Below are positions 24,045 to 35,780 of a DNA stretch of 64,000 nucleotides, in pieces; within the stretch, counting starts at the first letter, position 1; each line of letters opens with the position of its first letter. This DNA comes from Protoeuglena noctilucae (lineage: Eukaryota), in the NCBI GenBank assembly GCA_958009085.1, contig OY253684.1, positions 310,001 through 374,000 on the forward strand, given 5' to 3'. The notes under the pieces were generated by a model. That model saw nothing but the letters and a program-made list of their open reading frames with translations. It ran no database searches and was not told the DNA's origin. The position numbers and the translations under genes are program-made.

Positions 24045-25519
24045 CGGTATCGTTCGAGAGGCATCATGCCGGCCACATCCGTCACTGCGATCCGTGCCGA
24101 GGCGCCCGGACCAGCGGCTTGTGCCATCCCCCGCGTTCCCGGCTCGCCGTGCGCGTCGACGCCACCCGGCGGCGGTCGCTCATCGGCGCTGGCGTGGCGT
24201 GGGAGATATCGCGGACTTTGAGCCAGCCGAATGCTGCGTGCGCTCGGCAAAGCACCCTTCGCGCCCGTCTCGATGACGTCTCTGTGAGTTGCATCGCTTT
24301 CGCGCTGTATGGCCTCGCCTACATGTGCATCTTTGCTGCATAGTGCACGTGACGGCCTCTCAGAGAGCATCATGCAATGGGCGCTGAAGCACCCATCGCC
24401 CCTGGGCCCGCAGGGTCCGCTGCGCCCGCTGAACTTCCCGCTGCCCGCGCCCCGCGACTCCGATCTCATCTTCCCTTCCTGGCTCGCCGGGGAATGGCGC
24501 TGCCACAGCTGTCTGCGGGACCTTCGACTGCCCCTGGGCCCACGCTTCGCCCGGCCCGAGGCGGTCCAGGCCACACAGCTGCCTGCCAGTGAGCGCCCAG
24601 CAGCAGCGCCTGCACCCAGTGTCACCCCATGCTTCGCTGGCTGTCGGGAATGCATATCCTTGCTCCATCCGCCGTCTCGCTTCAAGCGCAGGTGAAGGCG
24701 GGGTGGGGTCGAGCGTGGACTACGTGCTGCGTTTCCCATGTGGCGAGGGTGGGGCGACGGCGGCACTGGGCGCCCTGACGCGGTCCGTGGTGACGCGGGG
24801 CTGGGGGGCCGCTGGTGATGCAGGGACACGCACACGCTCGGAGGGAGGGCCGGGGTCTGTTCCCACCAGCTCGGGGGACGGTGACGGAGGGGGCGCCGCG
24901 AGGACGTGCGGCGAGAAAGCGAGGGTGCGCTCGGACCGGGCGTTCAACGCCAAGAGCGCCTTCAATGCGCGGGCGGCGGCGTTCCTGGGATTCGAACCCG
25001 TGTCGTACGTCGAGTACGACCCGAGCCAGCCGGACCGCGTGACCGTTCGGTTCGCCACCCAGGGCCCCGATGGCCGCAGCCTCCCTCCCCGTCGCATCGA
25101 GCTGTACGTGAACGGCCGCAGCAGCGAGCTGGTGCGAGAGCCGGGGGGGCAGGAGGCGTTCGTTGCTTGGGAGCTCTACCGTCAGGTCCTGCTGGGCGTG
25201 CGCGACGTGGACGTGACGGGTGCGGGCTGCCCCTGTGCCTGCCTGGCACTGCACTCTGCTGTTGCGCTCTCACACGCTAGGGTTGCAGCCAAGCGGCCGG
25301 GGCAGGTGTGACCAGAACTAGTCATTGCCCACAGTGCTTCTTGTGCCGCACGCAGACTACGAGGTGTCATGGGAGTACGTGCTGGTGGAGGACGGCCGTG
25401 TGAAGGCACGGCAGCGGACGGCCTTCTACTTGCAGCCGCAGGAGCCTCTGTTCTTTGATGCGGGGGGGCAGGCGGTGGCTGTGTACAGTTACGACGTAGA
25501 CATGCTGCGAGTGGGCTAG
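24014..25519 (+). CDS. DUF6816-like protein, probably thylakoid lumen (transit peptide plus twin-arginine signal), 4 exons
   Basis: N-terminal ATRRRSLIGAGVAW; DLIFPSWLAGEW, DRAFN, VEYDPSQPDR, ELYRQV and FYLQPQEPLFFDAGGQAVAVYSY. Confidence 0.7.
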
Positions 25520-25550
25520 ACTGTCTACAGTTGCTGCTCTGAAGGGCGCA

Positions 25551-26652
25551 TCACACGCAACGTGCCGCGCCGGCGACATGCGGCGCGATGAGCCACGCGT
25601 CATCCACCGCGAACTCCTTCACCTCCACCTCGTGGAAGCCGGGTGCGGACCTGATGGCGTCCCCCGTCCGTCTCGTCAAGTGGCAGTTGTCTGCCAGCGC
25701 CCGCTGCAGCGGCTCAAAGACCCTCTGCGCCACTTGCAACCCCAGCTGACCGTCCCTGGCCGCCACGTGCTCGATGAACAGGTACTGGCCCCCCGGCCTC
25801 ATCACCCTGTGGTACAGGGTCACAGCGAGGCGCTTACGAAGGCCCAGTGTCCATCAGCGCTGCATAACAACTCACTGATGCAGGTGTCCAGGAGAGCCTC
25901 AGTCGAACTCTGCTCACCGGGCGATTTCCGTGAGGCACCGCCGCATGTCCTGGACGGAGCAAAGCACGAGCGTGCCCACGACAAAGTCCACCGAGCCGTC
26001 TGGGGCGGGCAGGTCCTCTCCGGTCCCAGGGAGGATGCGCAGGGCGTCCTCGGCCAGGCCTGCGTCAGCGGCGGCCCTGCGCGCGTACGGCGCCATCTCC
26101 AGGTTGGGATCGACTCCCAGGACGGCCAGGCCTCGGCTCCCCTGCGCTCCAGGTGCGCTGCAGTAGTGGCGCAGGTTCGGACCCGTGCCGAGGCCCAGCT
26201 CCAGCACCGTCACTGGGGCCTCCCCGGGCTGCGACGCGGCGTCGACGATGGGGCTGCGTGGAGGGGTCGTTGTGAGGTCCGAAGGCCGAGATATTCACCG
26301 CAGGCCGCTTGTGCTCGCGCTGAGCAGCGTCGCACCGGAAGAGACCCCGCTTCAATGGCGCCAACTGCTGCTCGTAGTCGTCCATGCCCGACGCCATCGC
26401 CTGGGCGAAGTAAGCGTCGTAGGCCCGCGAGCGCTTGGGAAGGATCTCGCTGGCATGAGCGTGGAACGCGCACATGCAGGAAGAGATGCCTATCAGCCCG
26501 GCCCGCCGATTGAACGACAACAAGGGCGCTTCGTTCGCCTCATGGGGGCGCCGCTCATCGCTTGCACCAGGGCGATGCACGGGGCGCCGCTTGGGCCCCG
26601 TGGCCTTCCATCTCGACGACGGATGCGAGCTGCACAGGCAAGAGGGAGCCAT
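25551..26652 (-). CDS. SAM-dependent methyltransferase type 11 (METTL7/TMT1-like, plastid type), 3 exons
   Basis: VLELGLGTGPNLRHY, GVDPN, DFVVGTLVLCSV, R|VMRPGGQYLFIEHV and DNCHLTRRTG. Confidence 0.88.
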
Positions 26653-26725
26653 GTGACGAACTGCCTTTGATACACTGGGTCATAAACTCAAGGAATGCAT
26701 GGCAGGCAGGAGCAAAGAGGGCCTT

Positions 26726-26772
26726 TGGCTCTAAAAGAGAGCCATTGGCTTTAAGCGGCTTTAAAGCCGCTT
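26726..26772. promoter_or_regulatory. Inverted repeats in a short divergent promoter: hairpin TGGCTCT-AAAAG-AGAGCCA and perfect 20-bp palindrome AAGCGGCTTTAAAGCCGCTT
   Basis: Read directly at 26726-26744 and 26753-26772, between head-to-head ATGs at 26652 and 26901. A regulatory role is inferred. Confidence 0.5.
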
Positions 26773-26900
26773 TTGCAGAAGACCGGAGGGCGTTTCGATG
26801 TCAGGATGAAGACACGTCCAGGCCAGGTCTTTTCTCGCCCTCTGCTAGTCCCTCCTCGTGCGCGTTGTCACGATGTAGCGCATCCGCAGACCTTTGCGAC

Positions 26901-28334
26901 ATGGCGCTCGCTGGTTGCCGGGGCACAGCCTCGACAAGCGACATCCGCGGCGGGCGGGCCATCGCGATGACTTCCCAGGCGGCTTCGGTGCCGGCAGCCT
27001 CTCCAGGAGAGTTCCCGCCGCTGCGGCTCGGCCCTCATGTGCTCACCCCTCCAGTGCTGTCGGCACCCATGGCCGGCATCTCCTGCGCACCGTACCGGCT
27101 GCTAGCGGAGGACGCTGGCGCCGTCCTGTGCTTCTCCGAGATGCTCGTAGCAAGTACAATTAACGACAGGGCCAAGGAGGCGAGGCATCCTTTGAATGGA
27201 GCACGGCGTGGCGTGACACAGGGGGCATGGTCAGATGCCCCGCCCTTCCCAGCTGCAGGCCATGCGGCTGGCCAAGTACAGCGTGGAGGAGAGGGGGCCA
27301 CGGGCGGCGCAGCTGTACGGGGTGGACCCCAGCGCCGTCCGCGACGCTGCCGAGTATCTCGTACATGAAGCTGGGGCGCAAGTGCTGGACTTAAATTTCG
27401 GGTGCCCCGTCCGCAAGGTCACCGCGCGCGGAGGAGGGGCGGCGCTGGCCGTCCGCTGGCGGCTCGTGGGGCGGCTCGTCGCGGCGGCTGTGTCCGTGTG
27501 CGCCCCCGCCGGCGTGCCCGTGACGGCCAAGCTGCGTCTGGGCTTGGACGAGACTTGCGTCACGTACCCAGAGGCGGCGATGGCGGCGCAGGACGCGGGC
27601 GCGGCCGCCGTCACCCTGCACGTGCGGTCGGCTGTGCAGGGCTACGACAGCCCCGTGGACCTGGCACCCCTGCAGCACCTCGTCTCGATGCTGTCGATCC
27701 CCGTCATCGGCAACGGGGACGTGTTCGAGGGCCCCGACGCCGTCCGCATGATGCGCGAGACAGGCAAGGCCAGCGAGGCTGGGGCTCGGGCGGTCCCCTG
27801 GCAGGCGTTGAGGCAGCTGTGTCGCTTTGCCCTCCAGGCTGCGCGGGGGTCATGATCGGCCGCGGCGCTCTCGGTCGGCCTTGGCTGTTCGAGGAGGCGG
27901 CTGCTTGCCTGCGGGGGGAGCGCTTCCCGGGGTCCCCCAGCGCGGCCGACGCGGTCGCGACTGCGACCCGGCACGTGCGGGGCCTGGCGGAGTGGGAGGG
28001 GACGGGGGAGCGGTCGGCGTGCATGCAGATGCGAAAGCTACTCCCGCTGTACTTCCTGGGCTTCGAGTCGGCCCGACCCCTGCGCAACAGACTGCTGCAG
28101 AGCCAGAGGTGGGCGGCCTGCGACTCTGGCGAGAGGAACAGCTCGGCCAGCGCTACGACACGCCTGTCGCTCTCCCGCAGCTTGGAAGACTGGGACGCGG
28201 CCGTGTCGCACGCGGACTGGGACCCGGACGAGCTCATGCACGAGTCGGTGCTTCGGGCTCCGCGGCTGAAGGGCGTCGTGCGCGACCTCGGCGACCCGAA
28301 GCCGAATCGCAAGGTGGCGCTGCCGCCACTGTAG
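26901..28334 (+). CDS. tRNA-dihydrouridine synthase (DusB-like), 4 exons
   Basis: LSAPMAGIS, FSEML, QLYG, LDLNFGCPVRKV, VTAKLRLG, VTLHVRS, IPVIGNGDV and RETG|CAGVMIGRGALGRPWLF. Confidence 0.92.
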
Positions 28335-29363
28335 CTGGAGTCATGGGGCAGTGAACGGGTCCCAGAGTTGGCATGCAACGCAGCTGCGTGCGAGGGATGA
28401 CGCAGCTGCGTGCGGCAGGCAGCTGACCTGCCTGTTGTTTGCAGCTAGGTTTTTGTTGGGTGATGCCAGCACTTGATTCCGAACATTGATGCCAATGCCT
28501 CGCGGAATGCGCTCGATGGCGCCCCACGAGCCAGATATCAGCCAGATATCACATGGCCAGTCACAGTGGGACGTTGCCACTACGAGCGGCTTGGACCCAG
28601 CCATTCTACGACCAGCTCCCACCCTTTCGCCTTGCGCGGTAGCGACCCCTTTCCTGGCGCCCAGCGCTCTCAATTGGCCAGGTGTTGAGGTACCTGTGGG
28701 CACCTGTCGCCCCTTGCAGCGGGGGCACCAGGTGGCCCGAGAAGGCCTGAAAGCCTTGGCTGTTGCGAGCGCGCAATCCCTGGTCAGGTGACGCGCCCGC
28801 CGTTCGTAGCGGCGTCGGGTCAGCGTCCCTTTTTGCCTATTGCGCGCGACTCCGGGCTGAGCCGGCTGAAATCGCGGGGCAGCGTCGTTTTCTCACGTAG
28901 CGGTGCGCGGGGCATCGCGCGCCTGGCTGGATTCTCAGGCATTCGCCGAAAAAGTGGCCTCTGATGTTCAGAGATGTTCCGTCACATGCGCCGGCCACTC
29001 GGGACCGCGCTGCGTGGATGGCCGAAACGATCGTTTGCAGCCACGGGTCCCCGGCCTCGCCCTTGCGCGCCGCTCCCCACGGCCAGCTGGACCCGAACTT
29101 TGGTCTGTTTGACGGCTGCCGCCCTTTCGCGGGATCCAAATGCGCGGTGCATTTTCTTCGTCGTCGACGAACGACGCGCTGCCGCGAAACCCGGGCCTGG
29201 CCCGTTTGTGCACCCAGAACGGCTCCAAAGGGCTTGGCAGTGTGGATTCCCGGATCGCCGCGCAGGAGAGCCATGGAGGGCGATTGCGGCCACTAGAGCG
29301 GTGATTGCGCCACTACAAGCGGCGATCTCTCCACGGCGAGGCGCGGGGGTACAGGCTGGTCCC

Positions 29364-31077
29364 ATGGTGGGGGAGATCACGAACCACGGGCGGCGGGAAG
29401 ACTCGCCGTGGCTGACGAGCGAGAGGGGCGAGGGCCAGTCCCCTGTCCCCAAGGATTTTGCCGGTGAAATACCTGGAGGTGACGGGCCCGGCGCGGCCAT
29501 CGCGGCAGGAGACGCCACGCATCGCCGGATCCATGGCATTGGGACATGTGCGGGAAATTCGCCCGCCCCGCGCCGTGACCGCAGAAGCGGACGAGGATCT
29601 CGATCTAACCGGCACGCCTCTGCGCAGGGCGATGGGTTCCTCCCCCAACCTGGGCCAGCTCTTCTCAGCCAAGCTCACGTCGGGGCTGGTCGTGGACGAC
29701 AGCCCCCGCCCCCTCTTCGACTACGACTACCAGCTCCTCGAGGAGTTCAGGAACGAAGTCCGCCATCAGGACATCGGGAATGCGTCGGAGGCGTACAAGG
29801 GAGGGCAGGTCCAGCCTGGGGCCTCGCAGGAGGACCGGGCCAGCCTCGCGGCGGTGCGTGGCCCCGAGGGTCCCATGCACGCGGCCATGCAGCAGCGGCA
29901 GTGGCCGGGCGCCCTCGTCTACCCTCCCTCGCGAATGGACTACCCCGGGCACTGGATGAGCACCGCCGTGTCCGTGGCCGGTGGGTCTCGTGAGGCGGGC
30001 GACCCGTGGCGCGAGGACACCACCACCCAGATGTCCAGGCCCACGATACCCGCGTCTTGCCCGACGCCTCGCGGACGCAAGCGCCCCTCCGTCGACGGCA
30101 GCACGACCCACGACTGGGGCCGCAGCGACCCCAAGGCAACGGACGCCAGGTGACATGACAACAGTCGGAGCTGTGCCCAATTCCCGGCATTGCTGCTCAG
30201 GGACGCGCGCGCCAACGCCCTTCCGACGCCCCTGCAGGCCCAAGTCCTCCGTTCCGATACCGGACAGGATCGCAGAGGCCATGGAGGGCCACGAGTCAGC
30301 CGTGGCTGCTCCCTCCACCGACCTGCCCCAGGACGAGGCGGGGGTGTCGGGCCACGACATTCGGCGCGTGTCCGAGACGGAGTGGTTCGCGGAGATCCGG
30401 GCCATGTCGGCCCAGCGGCGGAGGCTCATGGATCCGCCCTCGGGGCCGAGCGCCGAGGACATCCAGCGCGAGAAGGAGCGCAAGGGCGAGCGGGCCCGGG
30501 CGGGCGTGGAAGACCTCGAGGTCCTGCAAGAGGTGAGGCGCACGGCGAGGGATGCGCATGGGCCGTTTGTGAGAAGGTGCCCTTGCTCGGTGGGGTTGCA
30601 CGATTCCATAAGTGCACGTGCACGTGCTGCGGGGATCCCTGGGGCCATCCCAGCTTCCTTCCCCGTGTGCAGATCGTAAATAGGCTGGAGGTATCGGAGG
30701 AGGAGATCGAGCGATGGGCGCGTGAGGTGGGGGCGACGAGCGAGCATCCCGGCGTCCCCCCCGTCAACCTGCCGCAGTCCAAGCGGCGCACCATCGGCCT
30801 CGTTCACCGCAAGCGGGGCCAGCAGTGGTGCATCCAGCTCTGGTTCCGCACCCGCACCCACACCCTGAACGCCACGCCCTTCGAGAAGCTCTGCAACGCC
30901 GCCCGGGCCCGGGACCGCATCGTGCTGCACTTGCGGGGGTCGGCGGAGTGCCTCGAGAAGCACGTCCTCAACTTTCCCCTCGAGCTCTCCCTGCACCTCG
31001 CCAAGCTCAGAGAGATGGGGCTGCTGCACCCCTCCGACGCAGCCCCTCGCACGCAGCGGCAGTCATGGGCAGCATGA
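29364..31077 (+). CDS. Protein with a divergent C-terminal AP2/ERF-like DNA-binding domain, 4 exons
   Basis: IGLVHRKRGQQWCIQLW...TPFEKLCNAARARDRIVLHLRG...LNFP fits the AP2 pattern G-V...W-x-A-x-I...F...AARAYD...LRG...LNFP. Phase-consistent introns at about 29479-29584, 30150-30237 and 30533-30672. Confidence 0.65.
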
Positions 31078-31817
31078 CGCACCCACCCCGTGCTCCATGT
31101 CAGCTCAGCTACCCTTCCCACGCCAGGCCGTGGGGTCCGCTCTGCCGCGCTCGCCGAGCGGTGGTCAGCGCGGCCCTTCGCAGGAGCTCCACGGTGCGGT
31201 GTGGGGTTCTCGTTTTCGGGTCTTTTATCGGCTTTGGTCAAGCCCAGCCTGGTTCCGCTTCACAACCACGTCTAGCACAGCACCCAGCTGTCGGTGGACC
31301 TTTCCTTCCCAATCTGTGTTGTGTCGGGGCGCATCGGCGTGCTCCCCCATCACGACCCTGGAGGTGCACGGATGGCTGCCCGCCGCTCTTAGGACACCGA
31401 CGTACGGACAGCTCATCTCGGGGTCTCTGCGTTTGTGGGGGGCATGGGACTGCGTTTGATGTCTCGGGAGATGGAGCACCCTTTTTCCACCTTTGGCCAG
31501 GAAGGTCGCCCCTGTTGGTGCCCTTGCTGGCTCACAACCACCCGTGCCCTGTCACCCTTCCGCCGCACGCCACGCTTCGGCCCCTCGCCTTCCCCGCCCT
31601 TTCATGCCTCTCTCCCTCGCGACCCACTAAATTGTGGCAGCGCCTCACCCGCCCCTCCCTCCCTTTCGCCGTCAAACTGGTGATTTCTTGATTCTCGTGA
31701 CCCTGCGAACCCCTCGTAGTACCCGCCGAGGGACGCAACAAAGCTCTTGTTCCGCTGACTAGGGGACGTGGTCGCTTTTTGAAAGGTAGTGATCCTCACC
31801 CATGACGTCGTGACATA

Positions 31818-33466
31818 CTACAGTCCCGCCTGGCCGAGGAGAGCGCGCACGTGGGCCTCCTCGGCGTGCAGGTCGAAGCGAGACCACGCGACCTGCAGGC
31901 TGACGGAGCATGCAGTAGCACAGCGTGTCCCATGCACCGCCAGCCCAAGTGATGGTTGGGTGCCAGCAAGGATAGGAGACAGCAACCGGCAGCCTCACCT
32001 CCACCGCTTCCTTCTCTGCGATTCCATGGCTCCCCGACTCCCGCACTTCTCTCAGAGCATCTGCATGAAAGAAGCGAGGTTCGAGTCGCAAAGAAAAACC
32101 CTGCCACCGCACGCTGGCTCCCTGCCAGACCCAGCGCCTGCGTGTGCCGAGCCCCCGCTCACTCTGCCTGGCTTCGTTCATCTCCGCCACCGCCCCCTGC
32201 AGGCCTTCTGCCGTTACGCCCCTCTCTCGTAACGTCGACACCAGCTCCCCTGCGTGTGCAGCCACGCGGGCACTCGGCATCAAACCCCGCGCTTCCAGCC
32301 CACCTCACACTCATGACAAGCACACAAGCACACAGGCGTGCGCTGACACCCACCGATGTGTTTGCGGCAGGCCATGTCCAGGCCGTGCAGCGCGCTCTGC
32401 TGGTTGGCCAGCTGCCCACGTGCCCTGCGCTCCATCAATTCGGCCTCAGACGGGGGCACGCGCGGCGCCGGGCCCCACAGGCTCAGCACGCCGTGAGCGA
32501 AGCGGGCGACCGTGGCGTCCCAATCCCCTGGGCACGAAGGACACCGACGCTATGTCAAGCGCGTCGTCACACTCCACGGAGCTGCGGGGCTCAGTAGCAG
32601 CTGTGCGGAGAGCGCGTCACCGTCTGCTGGTAGTTTGAGCAAGTTAGACTCGAACGGGGGACCCCCGGGACCTGGGACGTCCATGGCCTGGGCCATGCGC
32701 AGGACGACTTCGCTGGGCACGGCGAGGCTCGGGGGTCGCGCTGCATTGCGCGCGAGGGAGGTGTCGATGGGCGTGGCGACGTGCACGATTACGAAGCAGG
32801 CCGAGCCTGCGGGGCAAGTCACGGCACCACTCGTGTTGGGCCGTGTCGGACACCGGGGGCTGCAGGGAAGAGATGCGGGGTTCTAGGTGCCAGGTGGTGC
32901 GACTCGGCACAAGTCAGCGCGGCGCGGCGCACCGGCCCGGGCGATGCGGAAGCACTCGTGCCTCATGCTGCGGAGGTGCATGTTGTCGTCCACCAGAAGG
33001 ACCCTGCGGTGCTCTGCGGTCTTGACCTTCGCGGCGATCTTCGCTAGGAACGACGCCCGCAGTGCCTGCGCAAGACGGACCGCGTCCCAGGGCGTGGTGC
33101 TAGGGACCCGCAGTGGGTCTGTGACGCCAACCGTGCCAGCGCAAGATGCCGCACCTTCCAGGCAGCAGGGTTGAAGGGCTGCATATGCTCGATGGGCTCC
33201 TCTATGTCAGTGGTGCTACCCGCAGACCACTTGTCGAACTCCAGATGCTCCACTGCATTTGCAAAACGCGATGGTCGTTGTAGGCGGGGACAGCGACGTG
33301 CCTTCAAGTGGTGTCACGGCACGCTGTCCTGACTCGCGCCACCTGTCCGCGCACCTCGGACGCCTGGCTCGATCTCCGGCACCTTGGTCACCGCGGCACG
33401 GCACAAGGCCGTCTTGCCCGCCCCGGGCAGGCCGCACACCACAACCAGGAGAGTCTCCGCCCGCAT
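31818..33466 (-). CDS. PSTK: L-seryl-tRNA(Sec) kinase (PSTK)-like P-loop kinase, multi-exon
   Basis: VVVCGLPGAGKT, HLEFD, VLLVDDNMHLRSMRHECFRIAR, SLARNAAR and C-terminal NQQSALHGLDMACRKHIG. Confidence 0.8.
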
Positions 33467-33774
33467 CGCGCTTAAACGCCGGCCTCCTCCGGGGTCATGG
33501 AAGCTAGTGCCTCTCAGGGACCCTCGGCCGGCGAGAAGGCCTCATCCAGCGCTGTTTCGGCATCATACAGGGCTATGCTAGGGAAGGGGGGCAGCGACAC
33601 GTTCCCCGATTCCCATGGCCCCCTCCCCGCCCGTGCAGGGCCCTTGTCCGGCACGTACATCCACCAAGAGCACCCGGACAGCGAAATGAGCCACATTACC
33701 GTCCTGGCGGGTATGACCGCCGACAGAGCGATCGGTGCCGGCGAGCCCTGGAAAGTCCCCCGGGCGCGCCCACG

Positions 33775-33787
33775 CCTTCCTTTTCTC
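33775..33787 (+). promoter_or_regulatory. 5'TOP-like pyrimidine tract at the probable RPL10 transcription start
   Basis: CCTTCCTTTTCTC about 40-50 nt upstream of the RPL10 ATG. Confidence 0.4.
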
Positions 33788-33823
33788 ATCCCTGTCGGGA
33801 CTGCGCTAGGGACGGAGGAAGAA

Positions 33824-35327
33824 ATGGGGCGCAGTGAGTGGGCGGGCTGCGTCGGCGTCCGGGACCCAGCGGCCGCGAGTGGAGGCTGCCGGGCCTCCCC
33901 TCGCGGCAGAAGGCCCCTTCGATGCCTTTTGCGCTTCTCGTCGTAGCCGTTCTAGGACATCCATCGCTCTTTCAGCGGCGCGCTCCTCCCCTGAGCTCAT
34001 GGCTCGTCCGGGAGCCGCGCTCGCCCTCGCTGGTGGTAGCTATTTTGCTGTTGACGAACACCCCGCGTCTCTCGCACCGCAGGGCCGTGGCGCTGCAACC
34101 GGGTCATCAAGAACAAGCCGTACCCCAAGTCGCGGTACTGCCGTGGTGTGCCGGACCCCAAGATTCGCATCTTCGACGTCGGCAACAAGAAGGCGGGCGT
34201 GGACGCGTTCCCCTACTGCTGCCACCTCGTGTCGTGAGTCCCGCGCGCCACCTGCATCGCCCCGCGCTCCACCCGCCCTCCGGGCGCCTTCTTGCGACCA
34301 ATTGCGTGTTGCGGTCCGCTGCTCGCGTCCGCTGAGGCCGCCTCGAGGCCCTCCGCCCCGGCCGTGGCGTCTCGGGGCCTTGGCGAACGCCTCGGCGACG
34401 GCGCCGCCCTTCTGCGTGGCCTGCGGATGCCTGGGGGCATCGAGGCGCCGCTGCTGCACGCGGGGCGCTCGCGGGGGCGCGCACGTTCACATGAGGCCCT
34501 CACGCTTAGCTCATGCCTGCATGCCGCTGAACTGGCCGCTCCCCGCGCCCGCAGGTGGGAGAAGGAGCAGATTTCGTCTGAGGCGTTGGAGGCTGCGCGC
34601 GTGGCCGCGAACAAGTACATGGTTAAGGTGAGAACAGCGGACTTCTGCAGGCGCGGCTCTCGCCCGGGGATCTGGCGACCTGCGGGGGTCCCCCGCCGCA
34701 TGCCGTTCATCGCTTCGATTCCCGTCGCCCCTCCGCAGTACGCCGGCAAGGACGCTTTCCACCTGCGCGTCCGCGTGCACCCCTTCCACGTGCTGCGCCA
34801 CAACAAGATGCTTACGTGCGCCGGGGCCGATAGGCTCCAGACGGGCATGCGTGGCGCCTTCGGGAAGCCCATGGGCGTCTCGGCCCGCGTGGAGATCGGC
34901 CAGGTGCGCCGCAGTCTCGTGCTGGAGAGGCGGGCAGCGCCTCGTTGGGTCCTGCCCCTCTGGTCGCCAAAGCAGCCTCGCCGGGTCCTCTGCGCCAGCT
35001 GCGATCCTTCCCAAGCCATGCCATCATTTCACTGTCCCGCAGGTGCTGCTTTCGATCCGCTGCCGCGAGGACAAGTCTGGCGTGGCGGCCGAGGCGCTGC
35101 GCCGCGCCAAGTTCAAGTTCCCGGGCCGCCAGAAGGTGGTGTCCTCGCGCAACTGGGGCTTCACGGGCATCCCGACGGACGACTTCCTCCAGTGGAAGGC
35201 CGAGGGCCGCCTGGAGGAGCGGGGGCTGCACGTGCACGTCCGCAACAACCGCGGCGCGCTGGCCGAGCGCGAGGCCGACCACATCTTCGAGCACGCGCCC
35301 CGCGTCGCCCACGTGCCCGTGCACTAG
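33824..35327 (+). CDS. RPL10: 60S ribosomal protein L10 (uL16), 5 exons
   Basis: Micro-exon ATGGGGCGCA|GTGAGT at 33824-33833 gives [35 protein letters not shown]. Also [44 protein letters not shown] and [12 protein letters not shown]. Confidence 0.97.
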
Positions 35328-35780
35328 GCGCCCGCCGCTTGCTGGCGCCCCACGCTGCGGCACAGGGCAGCGCGAGAATTGGCCCAGACGGGCTTGACCC
35401 TGGCAAACCCGTTGAACTTCCTGGATTTCACGTGGTGCAGCGCTGTGCCAGGTTGGTGCTAAGGCGCAGGCTCGGCCGCTGGACCTGACCTGCTCGAACT
35501 GCTGGGGATGGCCCTGCTGGCGGTGCGGATGTCTGACTCGCGTTTGGCTACCTGATAGCGAGTCCCCGAGCACGCGTCTGAAATAACAGGAGTTGCCCAA
35601 TCACGTGTTCAAATGGCGCCAGCGACGCGCCTGCTGACGCGGCAAGCGGAACTTGAACTCCTCGACGTGCACGCTTCCTGGTGCCTCCGGTGGCAGAAGT
35701 TGTACTACTTATCCGCCGCATAGGGCTGACGCTGCACTGGTCGCCACTTGGGCGAGGGTCGCGGGGGACGGGGCGAAAGC

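Noticed and set aside
28340..29300. Possible structured ncRNA (hairpin at 28701-28734, GNRA-like loops) between Dus and the AP2 gene
   Set aside because: No SRP, RNase P/MRP, snRNA or tRNA consensus was recognised, and such hairpins are expected at this GC content. An Infernal/Rfam scan would be needed.
31818..33466. Selenoprotein cluster or in-frame UGA recoding near PSTK
   Set aside because: No gene model in the window needs UGA read-through, and no convincing SECIS element was seen.
33999..34010. ATG at 33999 as the RPL10 start
   Set aside because: The micro-exon at 33824-33833 with a GTGAGT donor restores the conserved MGRRP, so 33999 lies inside intron 1.
33834..34554. Intronic snoRNAs in RPL10 introns
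   Set aside because: No clear C box (RUGAUGA) paired with a terminal D box, and no H/ACA layout.
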